From NCBI GenBank assembly GCA_037441675.1, contig JBBIRS010000001.1:288001-352000 (forward strand): a stretch of 64,000 bases of DNA, read 5' to 3'. How positions within the stretch are numbered: position 1 is the stretch's first letter; every line of letters starts with the position of its first letter. Shown here piece after piece: positions 10,096-18,919 of this stretch. The position numbers and the translations under genes were made by a program. The stretch comes from Planctomycetales bacterium (GTDB lineage Bacteria; 4484-113). The notes beneath the pieces are model-generated. The model had not been told where the DNA came from. It saw nothing but the letters and a program-made list of their open reading frames with translations, and ran no database searches.

Positions 10096-11072
10096 TGGCA
10101 GTTACAGAATTTATATGGGTTTTGGTGAAGATTTTAATAATTTTAGGTGGATTACTCACCACGGTCGCGTACTTGACCTACCTTGAGAGAAGGTTAATTG
10201 CTTTCTTTCAGTGGAGATTAGGTCCAAATAGGGTAGGACCGCTTGGACTACTTCAACCGCTGGCGGATGCGGTGAAACTGCTCTTGAAGCAGGAGCTCGT
10301 TCCATCAAATGCGGACAGGTTTATTTATATGCTAGCGCCAATGTTATCCTTTATTACCGCAGGTGCTGTTATTGGCATTATCCCAATCACCGACAAGTTT
10401 TTTATCTCTGATGTTAGGGTGGGGATTTTGCTCTTCCTAGCCCTTTCATCACTAGGAACTTACGGGATTATCCTAGCAGGCTGGAGCAGTGGAAGCAAAT
10501 ATTCATTCCTAGGAGCTCTTCGTTCCTGCGCTCAGATGATAAGTTACGAGCTAGCGCTAGGTCTCAGCATTATCGGTGTTGTCCTAATGGCTGGAACATT
10601 CTCTTTGAGGGAGATAGTTCAAATTCAGGATAAACTCTGGTTTGCGGTTCCACAAGTCCTTGGTTTTATAGTTTTCTTAATTGCGGGATTTGCGGAAACG
10701 AACCGAGCACCCTTTGACTTACCGGAAGCTGAAAGCGAACTTGTCGCAGGTTATCACACCGAGTATTCCTCTATGAAGTTTGCTATGTTCTTCCTTGCTG
10801 AGTATACCGCCATCATCAATATCTCCCTCCTTGCGACAGTTCTATTTCTAGGAGGCTGGAATGGACCAAGTATCTTTGGTTCACTTCTCCTTCTAAATAA
10901 CCTATTCTGGTTTTTCCTCAAGGTATTTCTCGTGATATTCTTTTTTATCTGGGTTAGGGCGACTTTGCCCAGATTTAGATACGACCATCTAATGAAATTT
11001 GGTTGGTTAGTGCTTTTCCCTCTAGCTTTAATTAATATTTTAGTAACGGGAGGAACTAAGGCGTTTGGCTAA
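10095..11072 (+). CDS. nuoH: NADH-quinone oxidoreductase subunit H
   Basis: RLGPNRVGPLGLLQPLADAVKL, AETNRAPFDLPEAESELVAGYHTEYS, PRFRYD. Confidence 0.97.
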   Translation: MAVTEFIWVLVKILIILGGLLTTVAYLTYLERRLIAFFQWRLGPNRVGPLGLLQPLADAVKLLLKQELVPSNADRFIYMLAPMLSFITAGAVIGIIPITDKFFISDVRVGILLFLALSSLGTYGIILAGWSSGSKYSFLGALRSCAQMISYELALGLSIIGVVLMAGTFSLREIVQIQDKLWFAVPQVLGFIVFLIAGFAETNRAPFDLPEAESELVAGYHTEYSSMKFAMFFLAEYTAIINISLLATVLFLGGWNGPSIFGSLLLLNNLFWFFLKVFLVIFFFIWVRATLPRFRYDHLMKFGWLVLFPLALINILVTGGTKAFG

Positions 11073-11095
11073 TATAAGCGCCTTTTAAGCTTGAA

Positions 11096-11605
11096 TTGAA
11101 AAAGTCTCTGAAAAGTAGGCTGAACATAATCGCAATTCTTAAGGGACTTGCGACTACCCTTAGGCAGTTTGCGGGAACTGGTTTTGGCTTTGGCCCAAAG
11201 CGTGTTACATTCACATATCCAGAGGTAAAACCAAAGCTTCATCCTCGCTTTAGAGGCCTTCACAGGCTTGAGAGGTACACCGAAGGTCCTTACAAAGGAC
11301 TAGAGAAATGCATAGGCTGTTCACTCTGTGCTTCCGCTTGTCCAGCAAATGTCATCACCGTTGTTGCCGCGGAGAATGACCCCGAAAATCCAATCTCGCC
11401 AGGCGAAAGGTACGCCCTTATATATGATATGGATATACTAAGGTGCATTTTCTGCGGACTTTGCGTAGAAGCTTGCCCAACTGAAGCTATCGTGATGAAG
11501 CATGATTACGAGCTTGCAAATGATAGCCGAGGAGGACCTCAGTTTGGCGAGAATAAATTCATATATCATAAGGAAGACCTATTGGATAGGGAGTTCTACT
11601 GGTGA
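11096..11605 (+). CDS. nuoI: NADH-quinone oxidoreductase subunit I
   Basis: YPE, RFRGLH, two CxxCxxCxxxCP ferredoxin motifs. Confidence 0.97.
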   Translation: MKKSLKSRLNIIAILKGLATTLRQFAGTGFGFGPKRVTFTYPEVKPKLHPRFRGLHRLERYTEGPYKGLEKCIGCSLCASACPANVITVVAAENDPENPISPGERYALIYDMDILRCIFCGLCVEACPTEAIVMKHDYELANDSRGGPQFGENKFIYHKEDLLDREFYW

Positions 11606-12189
11606 GTTTATTAGAAGCGCTAACCTTTTTCCCATTGGCAATTCTAGCAGTAATCGGAGCGGTCGGAATGGTGGTTGCTAGAAACCCAGTTCATTCTGCG
11701 CTGTTTTTGATACTGAACTTCTTTGCGCTTGCGGGAATTTTTCTAACCCTGTTAGCTCCTTTACTGGCGGTTCTTCAGGTAATTGTTTACGCAGGGGCAA
11801 TTATGGTTTTGTTCCTGTATGCGGTTTTCTTCTTCATTCAACCCGGACAAAGGTTTACCTTAGCCTATAGCCTACCCGCCCAGGCTCTTCTTGGCAGTCT
11901 TGTCATTATTGTTCTTTTTACCTTAATGCTTTATACCCTTTATCGTGGCAGCTTGTTTAGCGTTCCAAGCATCGGGGCTGCGGAGTCCTTTAAGCGCGGG
12001 GAGATATTTCCCATCAACGCTTTTGGAAGCGTCCTTTTCTCTAGATACCTTCTCCCCTTTGAGCTTACCTCACTTTTGCTTCTCTCCGCGATGATAGGCG
12101 CAGTTGTTATGACAAGAGCTCCCCGGAATAAAAACATTCTTCAGAAGAAAGGGATAACCACAGAAGCTCAAGGATCAAAGGATGAATGA
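11602..12189 (+). CDS. nuoJ: NADH-quinone oxidoreductase subunit J
   Basis: NPVHSAL, QVIVYAGAIMVLFL, YLLPFEL. Confidence 0.96.
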   Translation: MSLLEALTFFPLAILAVIGAVGMVVARNPVHSALFLILNFFALAGIFLTLLAPLLAVLQVIVYAGAIMVLFLYAVFFFIQPGQRFTLAYSLPAQALLGSLVIIVLFTLMLYTLYRGSLFSVPSIGAAESFKRGEIFPINAFGSVLFSRYLLPFELTSLLLLSAMIGAVVMTRAPRNKNILQKKGITTEAQGSKDE

Positions 12190-12487
12190 CATAGTTGATT
12201 ATTCGGTGGTTCTATCGTTGCTTCTTTTCTCCATTGGAATTTTAGGCGTGATAGTTCGTCGGCATCCTATTGTTATGTTTATGGCGATTGAGTTAATGCT
12301 GAATGCTGGAAATCTTCTTTTTATTGCCTTTGCGCGACATTTGGCGGAAGTTAACGGTCAGATTTACGCACTCATTATGATGGCGGTAGCCGCGGCAGAG
12401 GTGGCGGTTGGCCTTGCTATCATTGTAGCTTTGTATAAGTACCGCGCGGAAGTTGATGTGGATGCCATTAGCGCTTTTAAGGGATAA
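12182..12487 (+). CDS. nuoK: NADH-quinone oxidoreductase subunit K
   Basis: IELMLNA, VAAAEVAVGLAI. Confidence 0.96.
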   Translation: MNDIVDYSVVLSLLLFSIGILGVIVRRHPIVMFMAIELMLNAGNLLFIAFARHLAEVNGQIYALIMMAVAAAEVAVGLAIIVALYKYRAEVDVDAISAFKG

Positions 12488-12492
12488 CTAAG

Positions 12493-14466
12493 GTGTCGTA
12501 CATCCACCTGGCAATTGTTTGGCCATTAGTTGGAGCCTCGGTTAATGGCTTATTTGGAAAGTGGCTCCCCAAAAAGCTCGCCTCCTTTATCGCTTGCTTT
12601 TCAGTGCTACTATCCTTCCTGGCTTCCTTTTTGGCGTTAGTTATGTATTTAATGGGGATAGGCGCGCTAGGTCCTAGCGGTCAATACATTTATACACTTT
12701 ACAGTTGGATAAACGTATCAGGCTTTACCTCCGATTTTGGCTTCCTCGTTGACCCTCTCTCACTGCTTATGGCGAATACTGTCTCCTTCGTTTCTTTTCT
12801 CATCCACGTTTACTCCATCGGATATATGGAGAAGGATGAAGGCTTTACCCGCTATTTCACTTATCTGAACCTGTTCGTGGCAATGATGATGCTCCTTGTG
12901 ACTTCAGAAAACCTGGTGATGATGTTTGTAGGCTGGGAGGGAGTTGGACTTTGCTCCTATCTGCTGATAGGTTTTTGGTACAGGAACAAAGCGCCACAAA
13001 GGGCTGGTGTGAAAGCTTTCGTTGTAAACCGTGTGGGGGATTTTGCGTTCCTTTTAGGCATATTTCTCGTATATGCCATCTTTGATACTGTTAGGTTTAG
13101 TGAACTTGCAAAGATCTTAGGAACTCAAGTTAGCATAAGTCCTTATCTAATGACAGTAATTGCTCTTCTCCTTTTTGGTGGTGCAGTTGGGAAGAGCGCG
13201 CAGTTTCCACTTTACGTCTGGCTACCTGATGCTATGGAAGGTCCCACGCCTGTTTCAGCGTTAATCCATGCTGCCACAATGGTTACCGCTGGAGTTTATT
13301 TAGTTGCAAGATTGAATTTTCTCTTTACCTGGTCACAGTTCGCAATGCTTATAGTCGCGGTTATTGGCGCATTCACCGCAATCTTCTCTGCATCAATGGC
13401 TCTTGTTAATAACGATATTAAGCGCGTTCTCGCCTACTCAACAATCAGCCAGTTAGGTTATATGTTTTTATCCGCCGGCTTGGGAGCATACCCTGTGGCG
13501 ATCTTTCATCTCTTTAGCAATGCGTTTATGAAGGCGCTTTTGTTCCTCTCCTCCGGGGCGGTTATTCACGCCTTGAACGATGAGCTTGATATGAGAAGAA
13601 TGGGTGGCTTGGCAAAGTATATGCCTAAAACATACGCAAATTATCTAATTGGCGCAATGGCAATTTCAGGTATTCCGCTCCTTGCTGGCTTCTTCAGTAA
13701 GGACGCTATTCTGTATTCAGCCTATACTTCCACGCCTCTCTCCTTTCCAAGTGTTGGCAAAATCCTTTGGATTGTTGGAGTGTTGACTGCGATTCTCACC
13801 GCTTATTATATGTTCAGGCAGATCTATCTAGTTTTCCTCACTCCTCCAAGGTTTAACCCTTCCCTACATCCGCATGATCCACCCAATGTGATGCTAGTGC
13901 CAATGTGGATACTATCCCTTGGAAGTGTGCTGGTTGGGTATCTAGGATTGCCAGTGCTTTTTACTAGCATTCTTGGCGTACCCAACGTTCTTATGCCTTT
14001 CCTCAATAGGGTTTTGCATTCAGTAACTGTGACCGCGCATAAGGTTGGTGAGCCCATATCTAACAAAGAACTTGTTGGGGAGGCAATTGTTACTTTAGTT
14101 TCGGTCATTTCAGCGCTTTTAGGATTATTTCTCGCCCATTACTTTTACAAGCTTCGCTATGGAATAACGGAGAAGCTAAAGCGAATTTTCAAAGAGCCAT
14201 ACCTTACACTTTTGAATAAATATTATGTTGATGAGTTCTATAACGGGCTTTTTGTGGTGAATGGGAAAAGGTTCGCTGATTTCTTAGATGCTGAGGTTGA
14301 CAGGGGAGTAGTTGATGGTTTTGCAAACTTTATTGCATTTTTCATTGGAGCTCTAGGTCAGCTCTTAAGAAGTCTGCAAACAGGTTTAATTAGAAACTAT
14401 GCCTGGTACATCTGTGTGGGAGCAATTATTCTCATCGTTCTTCTCTTCAGGGGTGTAATAACATAA
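12493..14466 (+). CDS. nuoL: NADH-quinone oxidoreductase subunit L
   Basis: GWEGVGLCSYLLIGFW, GKSAQFPLYVWLPDAMEGPTPVSALIHAATMV. Confidence 0.97.
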   Translation: MSYIHLAIVWPLVGASVNGLFGKWLPKKLASFIACFSVLLSFLASFLALVMYLMGIGALGPSGQYIYTLYSWINVSGFTSDFGFLVDPLSLLMANTVSFVSFLIHVYSIGYMEKDEGFTRYFTYLNLFVAMMMLLVTSENLVMMFVGWEGVGLCSYLLIGFWYRNKAPQRAGVKAFVVNRVGDFAFLLGIFLVYAIFDTVRFSELAKILGTQVSISPYLMTVIALLLFGGAVGKSAQFPLYVWLPDAMEGPTPVSALIHAATMVTAGVYLVARLNFLFTWSQFAMLIVAVIGAFTAIFSASMALVNNDIKRVLAYSTISQLGYMFLSAGLGAYPVAIFHLFSNAFMKALLFLSSGAVIHALNDELDMRRMGGLAKYMPKTYANYLIGAMAISGIPLLAGFFSKDAILYSAYTSTPLSFPSVGKILWIVGVLTAILTAYYMFRQIYLVFLTPPRFNPSLHPHDPPNVMLVPMWILSLGSVLVGYLGLPVLFTSILGVPNVLMPFLNRVLHSVTVTAHKVGEPISNKELVGEAIVTLVSVISALLGLFLAHYFYKLRYGITEKLKRIFKEPYLTLLNKYYVDEFYNGLFVVNGKRFADFLDAEVDRGVVDGFANFIAFFIGALGQLLRSLQTGLIRNYAWYICVGAIILIVLLFRGVIT

Positions 14467-16049
14467 TGCTATATCAGGCAACAATCCCCATCCTCTCAAT
14501 TCTCATCTTTACACCGCTAATTGGTGCGCTAATTATGCTCTTTTCTGCCACCCACAGCATAAAGTTTCACCGCTTCTTCTCCCTTACCATCTCTATCATC
14601 GCATTTCTTATCTCGGTTGGCATTCTTCCATTCCTGAAGGACTTAGGCACCTTCAACCTTGAAGAGATATACACTTGGCTTCCTCAGATTGGCGCATCAT
14701 ATCACCTTGGTATTGATGGCATTTCCCTCTGGCTCGTTTTACTAACCACCTTCTTATTTCCCATCACAATTCTTTACAGCTTCGGCTCAGTTCACTTCAG
14801 AGAGAAGGAGTATTACATCCTTCTTCTCATCACCGAGACAGCGCTTCTTGGCACATTTCTTGCTTTGGATTTAGTTCTCTTCTTCTTCTTCTGGGAAGGC
14901 GTTCTAATTCCTATGTATCTTCTAATAGGCATCTGGGGAAGCGGTAAACGAATCTACGCCGCAATGAAATTTGTCCTCTTTACAGTTGTGGGTAGCCTCT
15001 TTATGCTAGTAGGCATTATCGGCATCTTCGTCTACTCAAATCAATTTGGTCCTTCAACCTTTGACTTTGTGAAATTAAGAAATATTCCTATTCCCCTTGA
15101 GTTACAGACTTGGCTATTTTTAGCGTTTACCTTAGGATTTGCCATAAAGGTTCCAACTTTTCCCGTTCACACATGGCTACCCGATGCGCATACCGAAGCC
15201 CCAACCGCAGGCTCAGTGATACTAGCAGGAGTTCTTCTAAAGATGGGGGCCTACGGATTACTAAGGTTCTCAGTAGGGCTTTTCCCTGCCGCTGCCATCA
15301 AGTTTTCACCTTCTCTGATGGCTCTAGGCGTAGTAGGGATTATTTATGCCGGTATCATTTGCGCCGTTCAGACAGACTTAAAAAGGCTTGTCGCCTATTC
15401 TTCCATTGCCCATATGGGATTTATTGTGCTTGGCATATTCTCTATGAATTCAATAGCGCAGAGTGGAGCGGTGATTCAGATGGTGAATCACGGGCTATCC
15501 ACAGGCGCGCTATTCCTTCTAGTTGGTATGCTTTATGATAGAAGGCACACTCGGGAGATTGCGGAGTTCGGTGGGCTTGCGATCCCAATGCCTGTCTTTT
15601 ACAACTTCTTCCTCGTGGTTATGCTTTCTAGTATTGGCTTACCCGCCCTGAACGGTTTCATTGGCGAGTTTCTAATTCTTCTTGGCGCATTCCAGGTCAA
15701 TTACTACCTTGCAGGTGTGGGAACATTTGGAGTGATTCTTTCCGCTGTTTACTTCCTCTACAATTTTCGGCGAGTCTTTCATGGGGAATGTTACTCTTCA
15801 GAGAATCGTTTACTTAAGGACTTAAATTTGCGCGAGATTCTCGCTCTTGCGCCAATTGTGCTTATGATATTTCTCATCGGACTTTATCCACGACCATTTT
15901 TGAAAAGAACGGAGCCATCCATAAATGAAGTTGTAATGAGAGTTAATCGGGCGGGCGCTATCCTTTATCTTAGCCCAACCGAGAGGGCACAAAAGGAAGA
16001 TGTTTCAAAACTCATTAATCTAAACCTTACTGAGAATTTAGTGAAATGA
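14466..16049 (+). CDS. nuoM: NADH-quinone oxidoreductase subunit M
   Basis: FFWE, KVPTFPVHTWLPDAHTEAPTAGS, LKMGAYG, GLPALNGFIGE. Confidence 0.97.
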   Translation: MLYQATIPILSILIFTPLIGALIMLFSATHSIKFHRFFSLTISIIAFLISVGILPFLKDLGTFNLEEIYTWLPQIGASYHLGIDGISLWLVLLTTFLFPITILYSFGSVHFREKEYYILLLITETALLGTFLALDLVLFFFFWEGVLIPMYLLIGIWGSGKRIYAAMKFVLFTVVGSLFMLVGIIGIFVYSNQFGPSTFDFVKLRNIPIPLELQTWLFLAFTLGFAIKVPTFPVHTWLPDAHTEAPTAGSVILAGVLLKMGAYGLLRFSVGLFPAAAIKFSPSLMALGVVGIIYAGIICAVQTDLKRLVAYSSIAHMGFIVLGIFSMNSIAQSGAVIQMVNHGLSTGALFLLVGMLYDRRHTREIAEFGGLAIPMPVFYNFFLVVMLSSIGLPALNGFIGEFLILLGAFQVNYYLAGVGTFGVILSAVYFLYNFRRVFHGECYSSENRLLKDLNLREILALAPIVLMIFLIGLYPRPFLKRTEPSINEVVMRVNRAGAILYLSPTERAQKEDVSKLINLNLTENLVK

Positions 16050-17578
16050 CGCAAATTCAAACGATCCATCTAGGTAGTTTTGTTTTTCTGTCACCGCTCC
16101 TAATCCTTGTCGCATGCGTCCTTTTACTCATTCTGCTAGATGCTATGAAGATCGGTAGGAGTTTTAAGGTTCAGGGAACTATGAGCGCCCTTTCCTTATT
16201 ATTTGCACTAATTGCGCTAGCGGTTTTCTTTCCATTTAATCCAGTTCAGTTATTTGGCGGTGCGGTAATTTACAACGGCTTTACCGCCTTAATTAATGCC
16301 TCGTTACTGCTTCTCCTTCTATTAACGATAGTTATCTCGTCTCCCTACCTCTTGAAGGTAAAATCTGAAGGGTTTGAATACTTTCCGCTAATTATAACCT
16401 CCGCAATTGGAATGATGCTTCTTCCAATGACGAGGGAGCTTGTAAGCCTAATTGTTTCCATTGAGATTCTTTCCATTCCGCTTTACATATTATCCGGCTA
16501 TAACAGGCACATTGAGGAAAGCAAGGAAGCTGGGTTCAAGTATTTTCTTCTAGGGGCATTCTCCAGCTCCTTCTTAATATTTGGCGCAGGTTTAATCTAC
16601 GGTTCCACTGGGTCAATTTGGTTGAGTGATATTGCCTTGAATCTTCCATTGGTGGAAGAGAAATTTCTTCTACTTTTGGGTTTAGCGATGTTGTTGGTTG
16701 GTTTAGGATTCAAGCTAGCGATTGTTCCCTTTCACAGCTGGGTACCGGATGTGTATCAAGGTGCGCCTAGTCCCGTCGTTGGATTTATGGCAGGTGCGGT
16801 GAAGCTATCAGTCCTCTCAGCCCTGTTGGTGGTGCTCTTTTACGGCTTTGGTCTCATCTCCCTCTATTGGAAGCCAATCTTCATTATCCTTGCGGTTCTG
16901 ACTATGTTTCTTGGTAACTTCGGGGCTCTTCATCAGATGAGCCTAAAAAGACTCCTTGCTTACTCTTCCATCTCCCATGTTGGTTACATTATAACCGGCT
17001 TAGTAATTCCAGCTCCCGCAATAAGTACTGCGATTATTTTCTACGCCATAAGTTATGCGGTAGCTGTCTTAGGAATATTTGCGCTTCTTTCAATGTGGGC
17101 AACGGAGAAAAGCGATGACGTTTATCTTGATGATATTCGTGGACTTTCCCAGAAAGAGCCATTGGTCGCTTTAATGCTTGCAATTTTCCTAATGTCCCTG
17201 ATAGGTGTCCCAATTACCGCAGGGTTTCTTGCCAAGCTGTATCTATTCTACGAAGTTTACCGTGCGGGATACGTTTATTTAGTCATCATTGCAATCATCA
17301 ATTCAATTATTTCTGTTTACTATTACTTCCGAGTTATAACAGCGATGTATATCCTGCCTGCGGCAGCGCCAAGCAACATTGAGGGTGATGTTAATTTTGC
17401 GCACGCAGCTCTTAATAGTGCGAATCAATCAAATCCGTTCTCCGCAAGGGCTAGGGTGCGTTCTCAAGAATCTGCTCCCCTTAACCTGCTTGTTGGCTAT
17501 GTATGTTTACTGATAAGCGTTGCACTGGGAATAGCTCCTAGGCTTATCCTTTTGTTGCTCAACATTTATCATATTTAA
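16046..17578 (+). CDS. nuoN: NADH-quinone oxidoreductase subunit N
   Basis: EAGFKYFLLG, FKLAIVPFHSWVPDVYQGAP, KRLLAYSSISHVGY. Confidence 0.97.
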   Translation: MTQIQTIHLGSFVFLSPLLILVACVLLLILLDAMKIGRSFKVQGTMSALSLLFALIALAVFFPFNPVQLFGGAVIYNGFTALINASLLLLLLLTIVISSPYLLKVKSEGFEYFPLIITSAIGMMLLPMTRELVSLIVSIEILSIPLYILSGYNRHIEESKEAGFKYFLLGAFSSSFLIFGAGLIYGSTGSIWLSDIALNLPLVEEKFLLLLGLAMLLVGLGFKLAIVPFHSWVPDVYQGAPSPVVGFMAGAVKLSVLSALLVVLFYGFGLISLYWKPIFIILAVLTMFLGNFGALHQMSLKRLLAYSSISHVGYIITGLVIPAPAISTAIIFYAISYAVAVLGIFALLSMWATEKSDDVYLDDIRGLSQKEPLVALMLAIFLMSLIGVPITAGFLAKLYLFYEVYRAGYVYLVIIAIINSIISVYYYFRVITAMYILPAAAPSNIEGDVNFAHAALNSANQSNPFSARARVRSQESAPLNLLVGYVCLLISVALGIAPRLILLLLNIYHI

Positions 17579-17628
17579 GTATTTTCAAAATTTTGATGGA
17601 ATTATCCTTTAATCTTTAATTACATCAC

Positions 17629-17657
17629 TTGACAGAAAAATTTTGCTCTGTTATAAT
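17629..17657 (+). promoter_or_regulatory. perfect-consensus sigma70 promoter
   Basis: TTGACA (17629-17634), 17 nt, TATAAT (17652-17657) with extended TG; a second TTGACT-18-TATTAT at 17700-17729. Confidence 0.8.
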
Positions 17658-17783
17658 TAACTAAACCTGATACTTGACGGGGGAAGTTAAATATCAGGCT
17701 TGACTTATGGTTGAGTTTTGGTTTATTATTAGTGCGTTGACCTATCCTCAACCAAAAAAACAATTTAGAAGGAGTAGGTGATT

Positions 17784-18461
17784 ATGAGAAGACTTTTGGG
17801 AGTATTTTTGGTTTTATTAATTGCGGGTATCGTTGTTGGCATAACTAACTGCTCTGGCAGTGGTGGAAGAAAATCGATTGCACCCCCGCCCGGATTTGCT
17901 GGTGGTGCATACCTGCCCCTGATTGGCGGGGCGGATTCTGGGTTGATTGACCTTGTCCTTTCCAACGGCTTTGCTCTTTACGATGCGGAGAGCTCTCTCG
18001 GTGCGTTTGATCCATTGACTGGAGGCGGGTTTGCGTTCGTTGACGGTGAGACCTATTTCTCAGGTTTGTCGGCTTTCGATCTTAATGGCGACGGCGTGAT
18101 GGATCAGGTTTCAGCCACTATGCGTAATTTACCCGCAGATGCAATTAACGCAGGATATCTAGCAGGATATGCGCTTGTCGGAGGAGCGGATTATCTGCCA
18201 CATGAACTATCTGTTGGTAACTTCGTATTTTACCTACCGATCAACCAGAATTTCGCCAACGCATCACTCGTTCTCGCTTTCTGGAGCACGGCAAGCCCCG
18301 GTGTATGGGTCCCGTTCGGATTTACCGGAAGTGTAGTTCCACACCCCAACCAGGATCGATTCCCAGGCATAAAGGTTGTAGAGGTTCGCGGTTACTCTGG
18401 TTATCTTGGTCCAATCGGCGTGTTCGCACCGTTCCATACTGGTGGCGGCGCTCAGGGCTAA
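17784..18461 (+). CDS. Gly-rich hypothetical lipoprotein
   Basis: AGGAG SD, lipoprotein-like signal ending GITNC, DLNGDGVMD Ca-binding-like loop; own promoter and terminator. Confidence 0.75.
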   Translation: MRRLLGVFLVLLIAGIVVGITNCSGSGGRKSIAPPPGFAGGAYLPLIGGADSGLIDLVLSNGFALYDAESSLGAFDPLTGGGFAFVDGETYFSGLSAFDLNGDGVMDQVSATMRNLPADAINAGYLAGYALVGGADYLPHELSVGNFVFYLPINQNFANASLVLAFWSTASPGVWVPFGFTGSVVPHPNQDRFPGIKVVEVRGYSGYLGPIGVFAPFHTGGGAQG

Positions 18462-18501
18462 TTCTAATTTACCTGTAATTCATTTTCAAAATACGAAAAC
18501 C

Positions 18502-18540
18502 AAGTGTGGGTGGATTTTATCCGCCCACACTTTTTCTTTT
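18502..18540 (+). terminator. Rho-independent terminator
   Basis: AAGTGTGGGTGGAT-ttt-ATCCGCCCACACTT stem followed by a T-tract. Confidence 0.85.
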
Positions 18541-18668
18541 GTTTAACAGATTTTCTTGTCATACCCTTATTTCATCCTTAGATCCAGCCATCCGCGCATC
18601 TTCTCTCAATAAATTTTTACTCCATTTTGAGCGAATTCGAGGATGTGAGCTGTGATAAACTTTATCAA

Positions 18669-18782
18669 GTGAGATTGCAGATGAGAGTGCTGTTTATCAT
18701 ACTAATCGGGATTATAGCCGGTCTAGGATTTGGGGCAGTATTTCTTCTCTACAGCTTTCTTGTGAGGATGAAACCATACTGA
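18669..18782 (+). CDS. small single-TM membrane protein (33-37 aa), absent from ORF track
   Basis: (MRLQ)MRVLFIILIGIIAGLGFGAVFLLYSFLVRMKPY*; TGaTAAACT extended -10 lies 7 nt before GTG 18669. Confidence 0.5.
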   Translation: MRLQMRVLFIILIGIIAGLGFGAVFLLYSFLVRMKPY

Positions 18783-18919
18783 AAGTGTTATATACTGATG
18801 GTGTTATATAGGTGAGCTTAACCTTACCCAGGAAACTTATCCTCACGATATAACGCTGTAGTTTCGCATCTTCTAAGGGTCTTCTAAAATTTAACCTTCT
18901 TCTTCTCAGCTAGTAAAGG

